From: an uncultured Armatimonadetes bacterium
Lineage (GTDB): Bacteria > Armatimonadota > Hebobacteria > Hebobacterales > Hebobacteraceae
Length of the DNA stretch: 64,000 nucleotides
NCBI GenBank assembly: GCA_963716175.1
Contig: OY970296.1
Location: 3,072,001-3,136,000, forward strand
Direction of reading: 5' to 3'
The position numbers were made by a program, and so were the translations under genes. This document shows, piece after piece, positions 1-9,503 of the stretch. A model generated the notes under the pieces. The model saw nothing but the letters and a program-made list of their open reading frames with translations. It had not been told where the DNA came from and made no database searches. How positions within the stretch are numbered: position 1 is the stretch's first letter; every line of letters begins with the position of its first letter.

Positions 1-882
1 ACAACACGGCGGCTTCACCCCGAAACCATAATGCTTCCAGTTCCCTGGGAGATAATCCGTGAAGCATCCCTGCCAGAGGTGAACCCTGCCGATAACCCCA
101 ACCCCGCTCGGCTGCCATTTCTCGATGGTCGCGCCCCACGCGTAGTAGATAGGAAGCGGACGCAACTTGGCGCTATAATCGCCCATGAGGTAATACTCGA
201 ACCATTGGCCGGCCAGAGTGTCATATGGGTCGCCGTCCCAAGCGTGGCTTGCAAAGCTCAGCATGAGATGGTTGCCGTTGTGCATGTGCTTGATCTTGTT
301 GAGGATGTCCGGATCGGTTGCGTTCCTATGCCACTCACAGGTGACCACTACCGCAACCTTGTTGCGGTTCAGCCCCCACCGGATTTCATTGTGGTTTATG
401 TTGCCGCAATCCCGGTTATAGTGATGACAACCGGCCCAGTATGGGTCATTGCATATGCAAGTCGCGTCTCTGTCGTGCTGCGAGATCATATGCAGGCAGG
501 CACCACCGTCACGGTCACCCTCAGGGTACTCTCCTGGGCCGCCCGCGCCAGGGTACTCGCAGACCCACGCGTGGCCTGTCCACACGAAAAGATCTACCGT
601 GTCACCCCAATTGCACCCGTACTTGTCCAAGTCGTACGAAGTTGCGGCCGCGTTGTCAATCGGGAATGGCGGGATCTCTTGCCATCCGTGAGCCGCGAGG
701 CGCGTGCGAAAGGCGTTGCGGAAGTTGCTCCAGTGCAGATTCCACAGAGTGCAGCCGCTGCCCTCGTAGGCATCCAGTGCCATGGTGCCCATGTCTCCGG
801 TCGCGGCGGCTGCTGTGGACACACGCAGGACAGGCATCAGCGCAGCGAGTGCGAGGCAGAACAACAGCGGCGCGTACCTCAT
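1..882 (-). CDS. Secreted DUF6345-like (caspase/CHAT-fold-like) protein, 3' end outside window
   Basis: Not in the ORF track because there is no stop in the window. GGAGGTG RBS, then ATG at 882. Signal peptide MRYAPLLFCLALAAL. Motifs DTVDLFVWTGH, IRWG, VVTC, GNHLMLSF and YAW resemble DUF6345. Open for 294 codons to position 1. Confidence 0.7.
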   Translation of the reverse strand, partial: MRYAPLLFCLALAALMPVLRVSTAAAATGDMGTMALDAYEGSGCTLWNLHWSNFRNAFRTRLAAHGWQEIPPFPIDNAAATSYDLDKYGCNWGDTVDLFVWTGHAWVCEYPGAGGPGEYPEGDRDGGACLHMISQHDRDATCICNDPYWAGCHHYNRDCGNINHNEIRWGLNRNKVAVVVTCEWHRNATDPDILNKIKHMHNGNHLMLSFASHAWDGDPYDTLAGQWFEYYLMGDYSAKLRPLPIYYAWGATIEKWQPSGVGVIGRVHLWQGCFTDYLPGNWKHYGFGVKPPCC

Positions 883-1188
883 CGGCGTCACCTCCGCTTA
901 AGCAGATTCCTGCACGGACTGTGACTCAGCGAGGTCGCACGTTAGAAGGCTTAAGATGCCTGAATCATGGCTCACCGCGGACGAATGTCAAGGGTTTCTT
1001 GTGCCTCTCTTGGACATTCAGGTTCGTCAGCCCCGCCTGTCGGCTGGGCTCTCACACACTATGCTGCTGCAAAGGTCCCAACCGGCGTGGACTGCGTAGC
1101 AGGGACCCCGAGACGCTCCGACTCATGCTGAAGGCGTTTGCAGCCGTACCAGGCGCAACGCCCGGAGGTGAGTTCTTCGCCTCCTCGC

Positions 1189-3543
1189 TCACAAGGGCAG
1201 CTTGAACGCCCGCGCGACGTAGACCGCCATCTGGTCCCGGGTTACCGCAATCTCGGGGTGGTAGAGGCCATCGGGATAGCCCGCGACAATGCCCGCTGCC
1301 TTGCTGTACTCGATGTACCTATAGGCCCAGAAACCTCTGCCCACATCGGGGAAGCTCGGCGTGCTCGGCGGCACATAGCTCTGCAGTCCGTCATCGCCCG
1401 TTGGGTCCACCACCGACCTGGCGACAAACGCGGCCATCTGACCTCGGTCCACGGGGAGCTCGGGCCGATAGTGGCGATCGTCGTATCCCCGCACGATGCT
1501 CTCGCTCGTGCAGTACTCCACGTACCTATAGGCCCACGCGCCCTTCGGCACATCGTAGAAGGTGGGCTGCTGCGGCCCTTCCGGCACGCCCTCCTCTCCA
1601 CCTGCCAGCGCGCGGGCGATGTAAGTCGCCATCTGATCGCGAGTCACCACCACCTCGGGGCGGTACGTCCCATCCTGGTAGCCGGCCACGATCTTCGCGT
1701 CTACCGCAGCCTGCACCTCATCCTTGGCCCAGAAGTACCACGGGACATCCGGGAACGGCCCCGGGCGGTACGTGAAAACCAGTATCCGGCCCGCCTGCGC
1801 ATCCAACACCCGCACGTGCCCATTCTCATCTATATGAACTGACGATGCCTGCAAGATCAGCGATTCCGTCTCGCTCCCGGCGCCTGGCCATAGGCCGATC
1901 TCGCCGAGATACTCGCCAGAGGCCGAGAACTTGGCGATGCGCTCCTCACCTGCCAGGTAGAAGCTCCCACCAAGATCCCGCGCTACCAAGCCGACGTACC
2001 TATACGAATGTTGCGGCGTCTGCCATGAATCCAGCAGCTTCCAGTCGGCATCGAACACGCCCGCCCATGCGACGCCGACGTCGGGCAGCGAAAAGCCGTA
2101 GAGGCCTACCAGGAACGTCCCGCCTGGCTCCTGGGTGACGGCCGCGCTGGTGCAGCAGGGCGCCTCCCCGGCCACCACGGGCCCGGGAATGGTGACCGAG
2201 GTTGCCTGCTCAGGACCACATATCTGAATCGGCCCCTGCCACTGCACAGAGTCTGTCCCTGGCATCTTTGCCCAGAGACTGTCTTCAGATCGCATGCACA
2301 CCCAGGAGTAGGTGGTTCCGTCCGCGGCCACCGCGTTCTGCTGCTCTGGCAGCAGCTCGACCGTGCCGGTCACGCCATTGTAGAACGGATAGCTCGCGGT
2401 CTCGGTGACGTCTACCAGCTCGCCTGTGGTGTCGAAGTGGGCGACATAACTCGGTCCCGGAGGCTCCAGGTTGAACTGCGCCCGAACGTAGGTCTGTCCG
2501 TCCGGCGTGAACGCCGCCGAGCGCGGCGACATCAGCGCGGCCCGGCGCTCCATGTCCTCTGCGTCCCCGAGCGCGAGCAGCGGGTTGCCATCCCAATCGT
2601 GCTCCTCGATCCCGAGCACTTGTCTGCAGGAGTGCGTGTATCCATCGTAGCTGGGAGTGAGCACCGTACCCTCGGGCGTCAGTGAGAAATCCAAGGCGTA
2701 GCTGTGCACCGGCGCAGCCGGCTTCAGAACCTGGCCCAGCGCGTTGTAGCACACGACGCCAAAGCTAGGTGCGAAGTCACCGAGCGGACGCAAGAGGTAC
2801 ACGTTCCCCGCGCTGTCCGTCTCCAGCGCGTACGCGCTGGGTTCCTCCCAGCCGCCGGCTTTCGAGCCATCCGGGTTGTAGTAGACTACCTGGGATACCT
2901 GCGATGGCTCCCAGGTCTGGAGCAGCGCCCACACCCCTGACGGTACCCCCGGCGCGATATGGCTGCATGTGACCTCCTCCGGGAGCGGCCACTGCTGCAG
3001 CAGCGCGCCATCGGCCGAGAGGTGGACCAGTCGCTGAGGGTAGACGCCGTCGAGCACATACAAGGACGAATCCGGCGAAACGGCCAGCGCCACCGGCGTG
3101 CTGGTCGGGCCCAGTGCCGGCCTGAGATCTAACCCGCTGACGAACTCCCCCACCGAAGTGTACCGCTGCACCGTCGCGTAGTCACGATCCAGCAGGTACA
3201 GCAAGCCTGCCGGTGCCAGCGCCATGTCCCATACCTGCGAGACCGGTTCCGGTGCGTCCGGGAGCGGGCCGCCCAGACCTCTCGCCGGAGACGAGAAAGG
3301 CCAGAACCCCTGCCAATCACCCTCCCGCGAGAAGACGTTGACCTGCAGGCCGCCAACATAGATACGGGAGGCGTCCGCTCTTACCGGGGGCACGAAACAC
3401 CCAGCACTGCTGACTCTGAGCGCCTGGATCGGCGGCTGCCCATAGGCGTAGTCGAACGCGGGGATGTCTTCGCCCCACGCCGCCGCGCAGGCCAGCGTGC
3501 TCAGGAACGCCAGCGCCAGCACCCTGAGACGACCGGCTCGCAT
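1189..3543 (-). CDS. Secreted NHL/beta-propeller protein with three C-terminal SLH (S-layer homology) domains
   Basis: Signal peptide; NHL-like repeats (DSAGNVYL, DENGHVRVLDAQAGRI); three SLH motifs of the form F.DVP..WA...G.V.GY.DG.Y.PE..VTRDQMA. Confidence 0.85.
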   Translation of the reverse strand: MRAGRLRVLALAFLSTLACAAAWGEDIPAFDYAYGQPPIQALRVSSAGCFVPPVRADASRIYVGGLQVNVFSREGDWQGFWPFSSPARGLGGPLPDAPEPVSQVWDMALAPAGLLYLLDRDYATVQRYTSVGEFVSGLDLRPALGPTSTPVALAVSPDSSLYVLDGVYPQRLVHLSADGALLQQWPLPEEVTCSHIAPGVPSGVWALLQTWEPSQVSQVVYYNPDGSKAGGWEEPSAYALETDSAGNVYLLRPLGDFAPSFGVVCYNALGQVLKPAAPVHSYALDFSLTPEGTVLTPSYDGYTHSCRQVLGIEEHDWDGNPLLALGDAEDMERRAALMSPRSAAFTPDGQTYVRAQFNLEPPGPSYVAHFDTTGELVDVTETASYPFYNGVTGTVELLPEQQNAVAADGTTYSWVCMRSEDSLWAKMPGTDSVQWQGPIQICGPEQATSVTIPGPVVAGEAPCCTSAAVTQEPGGTFLVGLYGFSLPDVGVAWAGVFDADWKLLDSWQTPQHSYRYVGLVARDLGGSFYLAGEERIAKFSASGEYLGEIGLWPGAGSETESLILQASSVHIDENGHVRVLDAQAGRILVFTYRPGPFPDVPWYFWAKDEVQAAVDAKIVAGYQDGTYRPEVVVTRDQMATYIARALAGGEEGVPEGPQQPTFYDVPKGAWAYRYVEYCTSESIVRGYDDRHYRPELPVDRGQMAAFVARSVVDPTGDDGLQSYVPPSTPSFPDVGRGFWAYRYIEYSKAAGIVAGYPDGLYHPEIAVTRDQMAVYVARAFKLPL

Positions 3544-3667
3544 CACGTTCCCGCCCCTCTCGGCAGGGCCAGTCACTGATGGGACTGGGTAGTGGATGTG
3601 TCCAATCTACCCGCGCCGGGCGCCGCGCAAACCCCACGTCAGTGCCCGGGTAGCTTGAGGCTGCCCC

Positions 3668-6600
3668 TCACGGCCTGAACCCCTGAAACCGTTCCCCCAG
3701 AATCACTGTTCCATATCGGCCCTTCTTCTGCAGCACCCCATCCACGATCAGGGCGGAATGGGAGAAGATCACCTTTCCCCATTGCTGGTAGACGCGCTCG
3801 AACACCGTCACCTCCAGCAGCCCGGCCTCGTCCTCCATGGTGATGAAGACCACGGTGTGCCCGCTCTTGATCGGCGGCCGCTGCCGGGCGATCACGATCC
3901 CCGCCACTCGCACCCGCTTCCCATCCGGCAGCGCGTCGAGTTGATTCCGGGACACTACCCCCAGCGCGCGCAGCTTCTCCCGTGCGAAATAGAGTGGATG
4001 CCTCCTCACGCTCACGCCCATCATCGCCAGCTCGGAGGCCACCTCCTCCCGCTCGGTCAGAGGAGCGAGATCGGGCATCGTGCTGTGGTTGTCATTCTGA
4101 GCGGCTTGCCCTGCGTAGCCTTGGCGAAGCAGGGAGCGAAGAATCTCGCCGTTCTCTCTGGGGCAGGGGGCCCCTAAGCCCGCCTTCGGCGGGCCGGGGT
4201 GGCGGTCTGCCATGGCAGACCTAGCCACAGGCTCCTGCCCAACAGACTCATCTCCGCGCTGGCCCTCATGGTAGGGCAGGTCCGCGACCTGCCCCATCAC
4301 CAGCGCCAGCTGCCCGTTCACCTGCTGAGCGCGGTCGCGGCGGCGAGCGCCGGTGTTGCAGATCTCGTTCAGCTCCCACAGCAGCCTGCGCCGCGATCCG
4401 CCCATGGCATCGAACGCTCCGGCGCGAATCAGGTTCTCTACCATCGGGCGCGGCAGCCCGGTGCGCGCGCAAAATCCTCGCAATGAAAGAAAAGGCCCAT
4501 CCGCCTCCCGTGCCGCCAGCATCGCTTTCAACCCGGCCCCACTCAGCCCCATCACCTGGGCCAGCCCCACCCGGATCGCCCCCTGCTCCACCCAATAGCG
4601 ATCCCGGCTCTTATTCACGTCCACCGGCCGCACCTCGATCCCGCAGTGCTTCGCTTCCTGTAGGATCACCTCCGGGGGATAGAAGCCCATCGGCTGATTC
4701 GAGAGAATCGCCGCCAGGAACTCGGCGGGATAATGCGCCTTCAGATACGCGGTTTGATAGGCGAGGATGGCGAACGAGGCGGCGTGCGCCTTACAGAAGC
4801 CATAGGCCGCGAATGCGGAGAGCTGGCGAAAGGCCTCCTGCGCCACCGAGTCCTCGACCCCGCGCCGCCGGCATCCCTCCAGGAAAGTCCCGCGGATGCT
4901 CTCCATCTCCTCCGCCGCGCGATCGTGCGTCATCGCCCGCCGCAGCGAATCCGACTGCCCCAATGTGAACCCGGCCAGCGCGCTCGCCACCTCCAGCACC
5001 TGCTCCTGATAGAGAATCACTCCATAAGTGTCTTCCAGCGCCGGCTTCACCGCGGGGTGAATGTAGCTGACCGGTTCCTCCCCATGCCGCCGCGCCAGGA
5101 AGGGTCTGATCATATCGGCCTGCATGGGCCCGGGGCGGAACAGCGACACCTGAGCGATGATGTCATCGAAGCGGGTGGGCTGAAGCTTGGAGAGCAACCC
5201 CCTCATGCCCGGGCTCTCCAATTGGAAAACGCCCACCGTGCGCGCGGAGCGAATCAGTTGAAACGTCTTCTCATCCTCCAGGGGAAGGTGCTCCAGGTCC
5301 AGCTCGATGCCCCGCGTCTCCCGGATCGTGTGGATCGCTTCCTCGATCGCGGCGAGGTTGCGCAGCCCCAGCAGGTCCATCTTCACCAGGCCCAGGGCCT
5401 CGATATCATCTTTATCGAACTGGCAAACAACCACTCCTTTGCTCGACACCTCCAGGGGGGTGGCATCGGTGATGGGATGGCGGGATATCACCACCCCGCC
5501 CAGGTGCACGCTGAGGTGGCGCGGGAAACCGTCAATCGCCTCGCAGATATCCAGCAGCTCCTTCAGCGCCTCCGCGTCGAAGCCTGACCCCCGCAGCTCC
5601 GGCACCGTGGCGATGGCCTGGCGAATGTGGCTCGCCGGGATGTAAGGCAGGGCTTTGCTGATGCGATCAGTCAGCTCCTCCGGCAGCTCGATCGCCTTCC
5701 CCACCTCTCGGATCGCCGAGCGCGGCATTATAGGTGTTGATGGTGGCCACCATCCCGGTGTGATCCACCCCATAGCGCCGGGCCACATACTCCAGCATCT
5801 CATCCCGGCGGCGGGAGTCGAAGTCAATGTCAATATCCGGCATACCCCGCCGCTCCGGGTTGAGGAACCGCTCGAACAGCAGCCGCGCCGCGATCGGATC
5901 TACCTCGGTGATCCCCAGCACATAGCTCACCAGCGAATCCGCCGCCGATCCCCGGCCCGAGCAGCGGATCCCCCGCGCCCGCGCTTCCTCTACGATGTCC
6001 CACACCACCAGAAAGTACTCGCACAGCCCCAGCTCGCGGATGATCCTCAGCTCGTGCCGTAAGCGAGATGCCACCTGCGTTGGGCAGGAGCTTGTGGCTA
6101 GGTCTGCCATGGCAGACCGCCACCCCGGCCCGCCGAAGGCGGGCTTAGGGGCCTCCTGCCCGTCATTGTCGTTCTGTAGGGCGGGCATGTCTCCGCATGC
6201 CCGCCGCTTCCCCCGTGGGAGCCCCGTCCTCGGGGCGACTCCGTATCTCCTCCTCGCACCCTGCCAACACAACCACTCCAACAACCTCTCGGCGCTTTCC
6301 CCCTCCACCTCCTCATCAGGTTTGGGGGACCAGTCAGGGAGGGCAGGTTGCCGCCACACGGCCGGCGGCCAAGGCGGACCTGCCCTACGATCCGTCCGGT
6401 GTTTCGGGACTTCAGTCCCGAAACCACCCCCATCGCGCATCCGAAAATGCGGGAAATGCAGCTCCCCCAACCCCAGGTCTACCTCGCACCTCTCGGCGAT
6501 GCGAATCGTGTTGCACAGCGCCTCCGGGTGATGGGCGAAGGCCCGCGCCATCTCCTCCGCCGACTTCAGATAGCGCTCCGCCCCCAGCCGCCGGATGGGA

Positions 6601-7550
6601 TGCCACTCGCTCCGCCTGGTCAAGGTCTGGATGCAGGCCAGCACATCTTGGATCGTCGCTTCCTGCGGGGTGAGGTAATGCACATTCGCAGTGGCGACCG
6701 TCGGCGCCTCCATCTCCTGCGCCAAGGCCGCCAGCTTGGCCACCTGCATCCGGTCCCGCTCGCCCTCCTCCAGCATAAGCTCAATGAAGAAGTTATCCTT
6801 CCCGAAGATCTCCTGGTAGCGCCGCACCGCCCGCCGCGCCCCTTCCATATCCTCCCGCCGCACCGCCGCCGACACCTCCCCAATCCGGCATCCCGAGAGC
6901 GCGATCACATCGGCCGCGCATTTCGCCAGAGTGGAGAAGCTGCAGCAAGGCGCTTTCCTCCACTGCGCGCCGATTGTGCTGATCATGTTGGGCAGGAGCT
7001 TGTCTCCTGCCCGGCCGTTGCCGTTCTGTAGGGCGGGGTCTCCTGACCCCGCCGCCTCCGCTTCCCGCAGCACCCGAGACTGTCCCGCGGCCACCCCTTT
7101 GTTGTCATCCTGAGCGCCAGCGAAGGATCTCGCCGTTCCGCCCCTCGCCTCTCTCAGCACCCGAAACTGTCCTGCGGTCACCCCTTTGTTGTCATCCTGA
7201 GCGCTAGCGAAGGATCTCGCCGTTCCGCCCCTCGCCTCTCTCAACACCCGAAACTGTCCCGCGGTCACCATCCGCGACAAATTCCCGTACCCCCTCTTCG
7301 AGGCCGCAACCACGGTGAGATGGTGCCCGCCCTCCGTGGTCAGCTCCACCCCCAGAATCGGCTTGATCCCCGCCGCCTTCGCCGCCTGGTAAAACCGCAC
7401 CGCTCCATACAGCCCATCGTGATCCGTCACTGCCAGCGCCGGCATCCCCAGCTCGGCCACCCGCGCCACCAACCGGTCCAGTCGGCAGGTGCTGTCGAGG
7501 AAGGAGAAGACGCTGTGGAGATGGAGATGAACGAAATCTCTAGCTGTCAT
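3668..7550 (-). CDS. dnaE2: Error-prone DNA polymerase III alpha subunit DnaE2 (frameshift near 5724; four in-frame repeat insertions)
   Basis: PHP motifs HLHSVFSFLD and TDHD; RGSAADS; PDIDIDF; QFDKDD...KMDLLGL; YGFCKAHA; NQPMGFY; OB-fold RQRP..FITMEDE with no long C-terminal domain. ORFs 5667..7619 and 3668..5833 join after removing one extra C (NTYNA|RSAIREVG). Confidence 0.9.
4161..4243. repeat. 83-bp composite palindromic element inside dnaE2, inverted copy of 6079-6161
   Basis: Reverse complement matches 6079-6161 at 81 of 83 positions. Confidence 0.9.
6079..6161. repeat. 83-bp composite palindromic element inside dnaE2 (GGGCAGGAG...CTCCTGCCC with a 57-bp nested insert)
   Basis: Inverted partner of 4161-4243; internal palindrome GGTCTGCCATGGCAGACC and hairpin GCCCGCCGAAGGCGGGC. 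Confidence 0.9.
7073..7269. repeat. 87-bp tandem duplication (two full units plus a partial) inside the dnaE2 PHP domain, each full unit with a GTCATCCTGAGCG..AGCGAAGGATCT element
   Basis: Units start at 7073, 7160 and 7247; the peptide VTAGQFRVLREARGGTARSFA(S/G)AQDDNKG is repeated. Confidence 0.9.
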
Positions 7551-7603
7551 CTGAGCCCGCCGTCGTTTGTAGGGGAGCCCCTCAGCGGGCTCCCTCCTGC
7601 CTG

Positions 7604-7632
7604 AACATAACGCAAACATACGTTTGTGTCAA
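7604..7632 (-). promoter_or_regulatory. Sigma70 promoter of dnaE2 with a palindromic SOS-box-like operator in the spacer
   Basis: Minus strand TTGACA (7632-7627), 17 nt, TATGTT (7609-7604). The spacer holds CAAAC-ATAC-GTTTG (7613-7626), close to the CGAAC-N4-GTTCG LexA box. Confidence 0.7.
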
Positions 7633-7668
7633 GAGGCTGTGGAAACGACGTGGACAGCACGCCTGGTT

Positions 7669-7691
7669 GGGCAGGAGCTTGCCTCCTGCCC
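7669..7691. repeat. 23-bp palindrome GGGCAGGAGCTTGCCTCCTGCCC (also at 8418-8440 and 57700-57721; variants at about 6990 and 51006)
   Basis: Identical or near-identical copies read directly. Confidence 0.9.
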
Positions 7692-7728
7692 AGAGAACAC
7701 AACCTCACTGTCAAGGGGGAGGGCAAAC

Positions 7729-8418
7729 GTGGCGGCGAACGGTCTTCCTGGTTCGGGCGCACTCGAAGTCCCGCTCACTCAGGCTCAAGTCCAAGCTGCC
7801 AACCACCTTCACGAACGCATGGCTGGTTGGAGGCTATTCGACGGCGTCCTCTCCAGTTTAGCCGAACACTTCCCCAGCAACTGCGACCTGGCGCAAGTTC
7901 TTCCCAAAGCTATAACGCTCAACAGCCTATATGCCACAAGGATCATGGCCATCCAGCAGATGGCACACCACGTCGTGTCCACCTTCCAGGGCGGTTGCGA
8001 TGAGTCGAGCCCCGATCTTGTCGAGAAGCTAGCCGCGCTGTCGGATCTCGGACCGGCCAAGAAAACCAAGCGCTTTGTCAGCTTCGCCAGCAAGTACTGC
8101 CACTTCTTCGTTAACCGGGGCCGCTTCGCGATCCTCGATACCTATGCGTTCAGCGCCCTGTCGTTCCACATTGGCAAGAAGAGGCTAAGAGTTCACAGAT
8201 ACGAGGACTACCTTAACGCGGTGGACAGCCTTCGAGCCGGAGCCGGCCTGTTGTGCAACTACTCGGAACTGGATCACTACCTCTGGCTCCGCGGGCAATG
8301 GATGGCGTTCAGCCTGAACGAGAACGCTCCCATCAACGGAGAAGCAAGGGAGGTCTTTCAGACCCCAGATCCGGCAGTGCGTTCTCTGCGCGACCGCGCC
8401 TTTCCGCTCGGCCCGTAG
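7729..8418 (+). CDS. Hypothetical protein with a probable helix-hairpin-helix DNA glycosylase-like fold
   Basis: GGGGGAGG RBS and GTG at 7729; motifs LNSLYAT, SFASKYCHF, ILDTY, ELDHYLW; lower-GC codon usage than neighbours. Confidence 0.6.
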   Translation: MAANGLPGSGALEVPLTQAQVQAANHLHERMAGWRLFDGVLSSLAEHFPSNCDLAQVLPKAITLNSLYATRIMAIQQMAHHVVSTFQGGCDESSPDLVEKLAALSDLGPAKKTKRFVSFASKYCHFFVNRGRFAILDTYAFSALSFHIGKKRLRVHRYEDYLNAVDSLRAGAGLLCNYSELDHYLWLRGQWMAFSLNENAPINGEAREVFQTPDPAVRSLRDRAFPLGP

Positions 8419-8551
8419 GGCAGGAGCTTGCCTCCTGCCCCTGCTTGCTCCGCGCTCTCCGCGCCTCTGCGGTGATCCCACCCTTTCCCCAGCAGGCGTT
8501 CCGTGCTCCCCCTCCGAATCTACTGCCATCCCAAGGACATATCGTCAGCTC

Positions 8552-9409
8552 ATGCCCTCCCACACCAGCTCCCGCCTCTTTCTCGTCACCGCGGCTATCT
8601 TCTGGAGCATCAGCGGCGTCATCCTCAAGAATCTCCCCGATGTTCACTGGCTGGTGATCGCAGGCATGCGGTCCCTCTTCGCAGCCATCGTCTTCCTGCC
8701 CGGCCTGCGGCAGCCCCGCCTGCCGCTGGCGAAACTGCTCGCCGCCATCCTCTTCTTCGCCATCATCGTGGCCGCCTTGATGGGAGCGATGCAGCTTGGC
8801 ACTGCGGCCCAGGGGATCTGGCTTCACTTCACCGCGCCGGCCCTGGTCGCGCTCTGGGTCTGGCTGGTCCAGCGGCAGCGGCTGCGCCCCACCGAGATGC
8901 TGGCCGCGCTCCTGACCCTACTGGCCGTAGTGCTGATCGCCGGGGCAGGCGGAGGTCCGGCTCAGCGCGCCTCGCTCTTGCTCGGCCTCATCAGCGGCTT
9001 TGCTTTCGCTGCTTTCCTGCTCCTGCTCAAGAGCTTTGGCCCGGTGCCGGCGGCCTCCGTCCATCTCTGGGTCAATCTGGGCGCGGCCCTGCTCTTGCTC
9101 CCGCTCGCTTTCGCTTTCCGCGTCCCTTTCCCCACCGCGCCCCGCGATCTGGCCCTGCTCGCCGCCATGGGCATGGGCCAGTTGGGCATTGGTTACTACT
9201 TCTTCATGGCCGGGATCGGCGGGGCCACGGCAGTGGAGGCCTCCCTCATCGTCCTGCTGGAGCCCATCCTCAATCCCATCTGGGTCTACCTGCTGGTGGG
9301 TGAACTCCCCTCGCCCCGGGTGATCACCGGTTGCGCCCTCATCGCCTTCGGCCTGCTGGCCTTCGCCCTCACACCGGGCCGGCGCGAACCGCCTATCCCC
9401 GACGGTTGA
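8552..9409 (+). CDS. EamA/DMT family transporter
   Basis: About 10 hydrophobic helices; two EamA halves; EASLIVLLEPILNPIWV.LLVGE motif. Confidence 0.9.
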   Translation: MPSHTSSRLFLVTAAIFWSISGVILKNLPDVHWLVIAGMRSLFAAIVFLPGLRQPRLPLAKLLAAILFFAIIVAALMGAMQLGTAAQGIWLHFTAPALVALWVWLVQRQRLRPTEMLAALLTLLAVVLIAGAGGGPAQRASLLLGLISGFAFAAFLLLLKSFGPVPAASVHLWVNLGAALLLLPLAFAFRVPFPTAPRDLALLAAMGMGQLGIGYYFFMAGIGGATAVEASLIVLLEPILNPIWVYLLVGELPSPRVITGCALIAFGLLAFALTPGRREPPIPDG

Positions 9410-9422
9410 CCTCGCTGGCGCG

Positions 9423-9452
9423 GCGAGGCCGGCCCTTTCGGGCCGGCCTCGC
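9423..9452. terminator. Strong hairpin between convergent genes
   Basis: GCGAGGCCGGCCC-TTTC-GGGCCGGCCTCGC, perfect 13-bp stem. Confidence 0.55.
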
Positions 9453-9503
9453 ACTCGGGCTCAGCTATGGGGTTGCCCGTTTCCCGTTCTGCCTATCCCA
9501 GTC

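Noticed and set aside
31-924. 297-aa plus-strand ORF
   Set aside because: Antisense shadow of the minus-strand gene starting at 882, which has an RBS, signal peptide and family motifs
5700-5740. Programmed frameshift in dnaE2
   Set aside because: No slippery sequence; five similar one-base indels elsewhere point to sequencing error
7073-7269. CRISPR array
   Set aside because: Only two near-identical units with no unique spacers and no cas genes; it is a coding tandem duplication
4080-7270. Inteins or a split intein in dnaE
   Set aside because: The inserts lack Cys/Ser starts, His-Asn ends and Hint or homing-endonuclease motifs; they are palindromic DNA repeats
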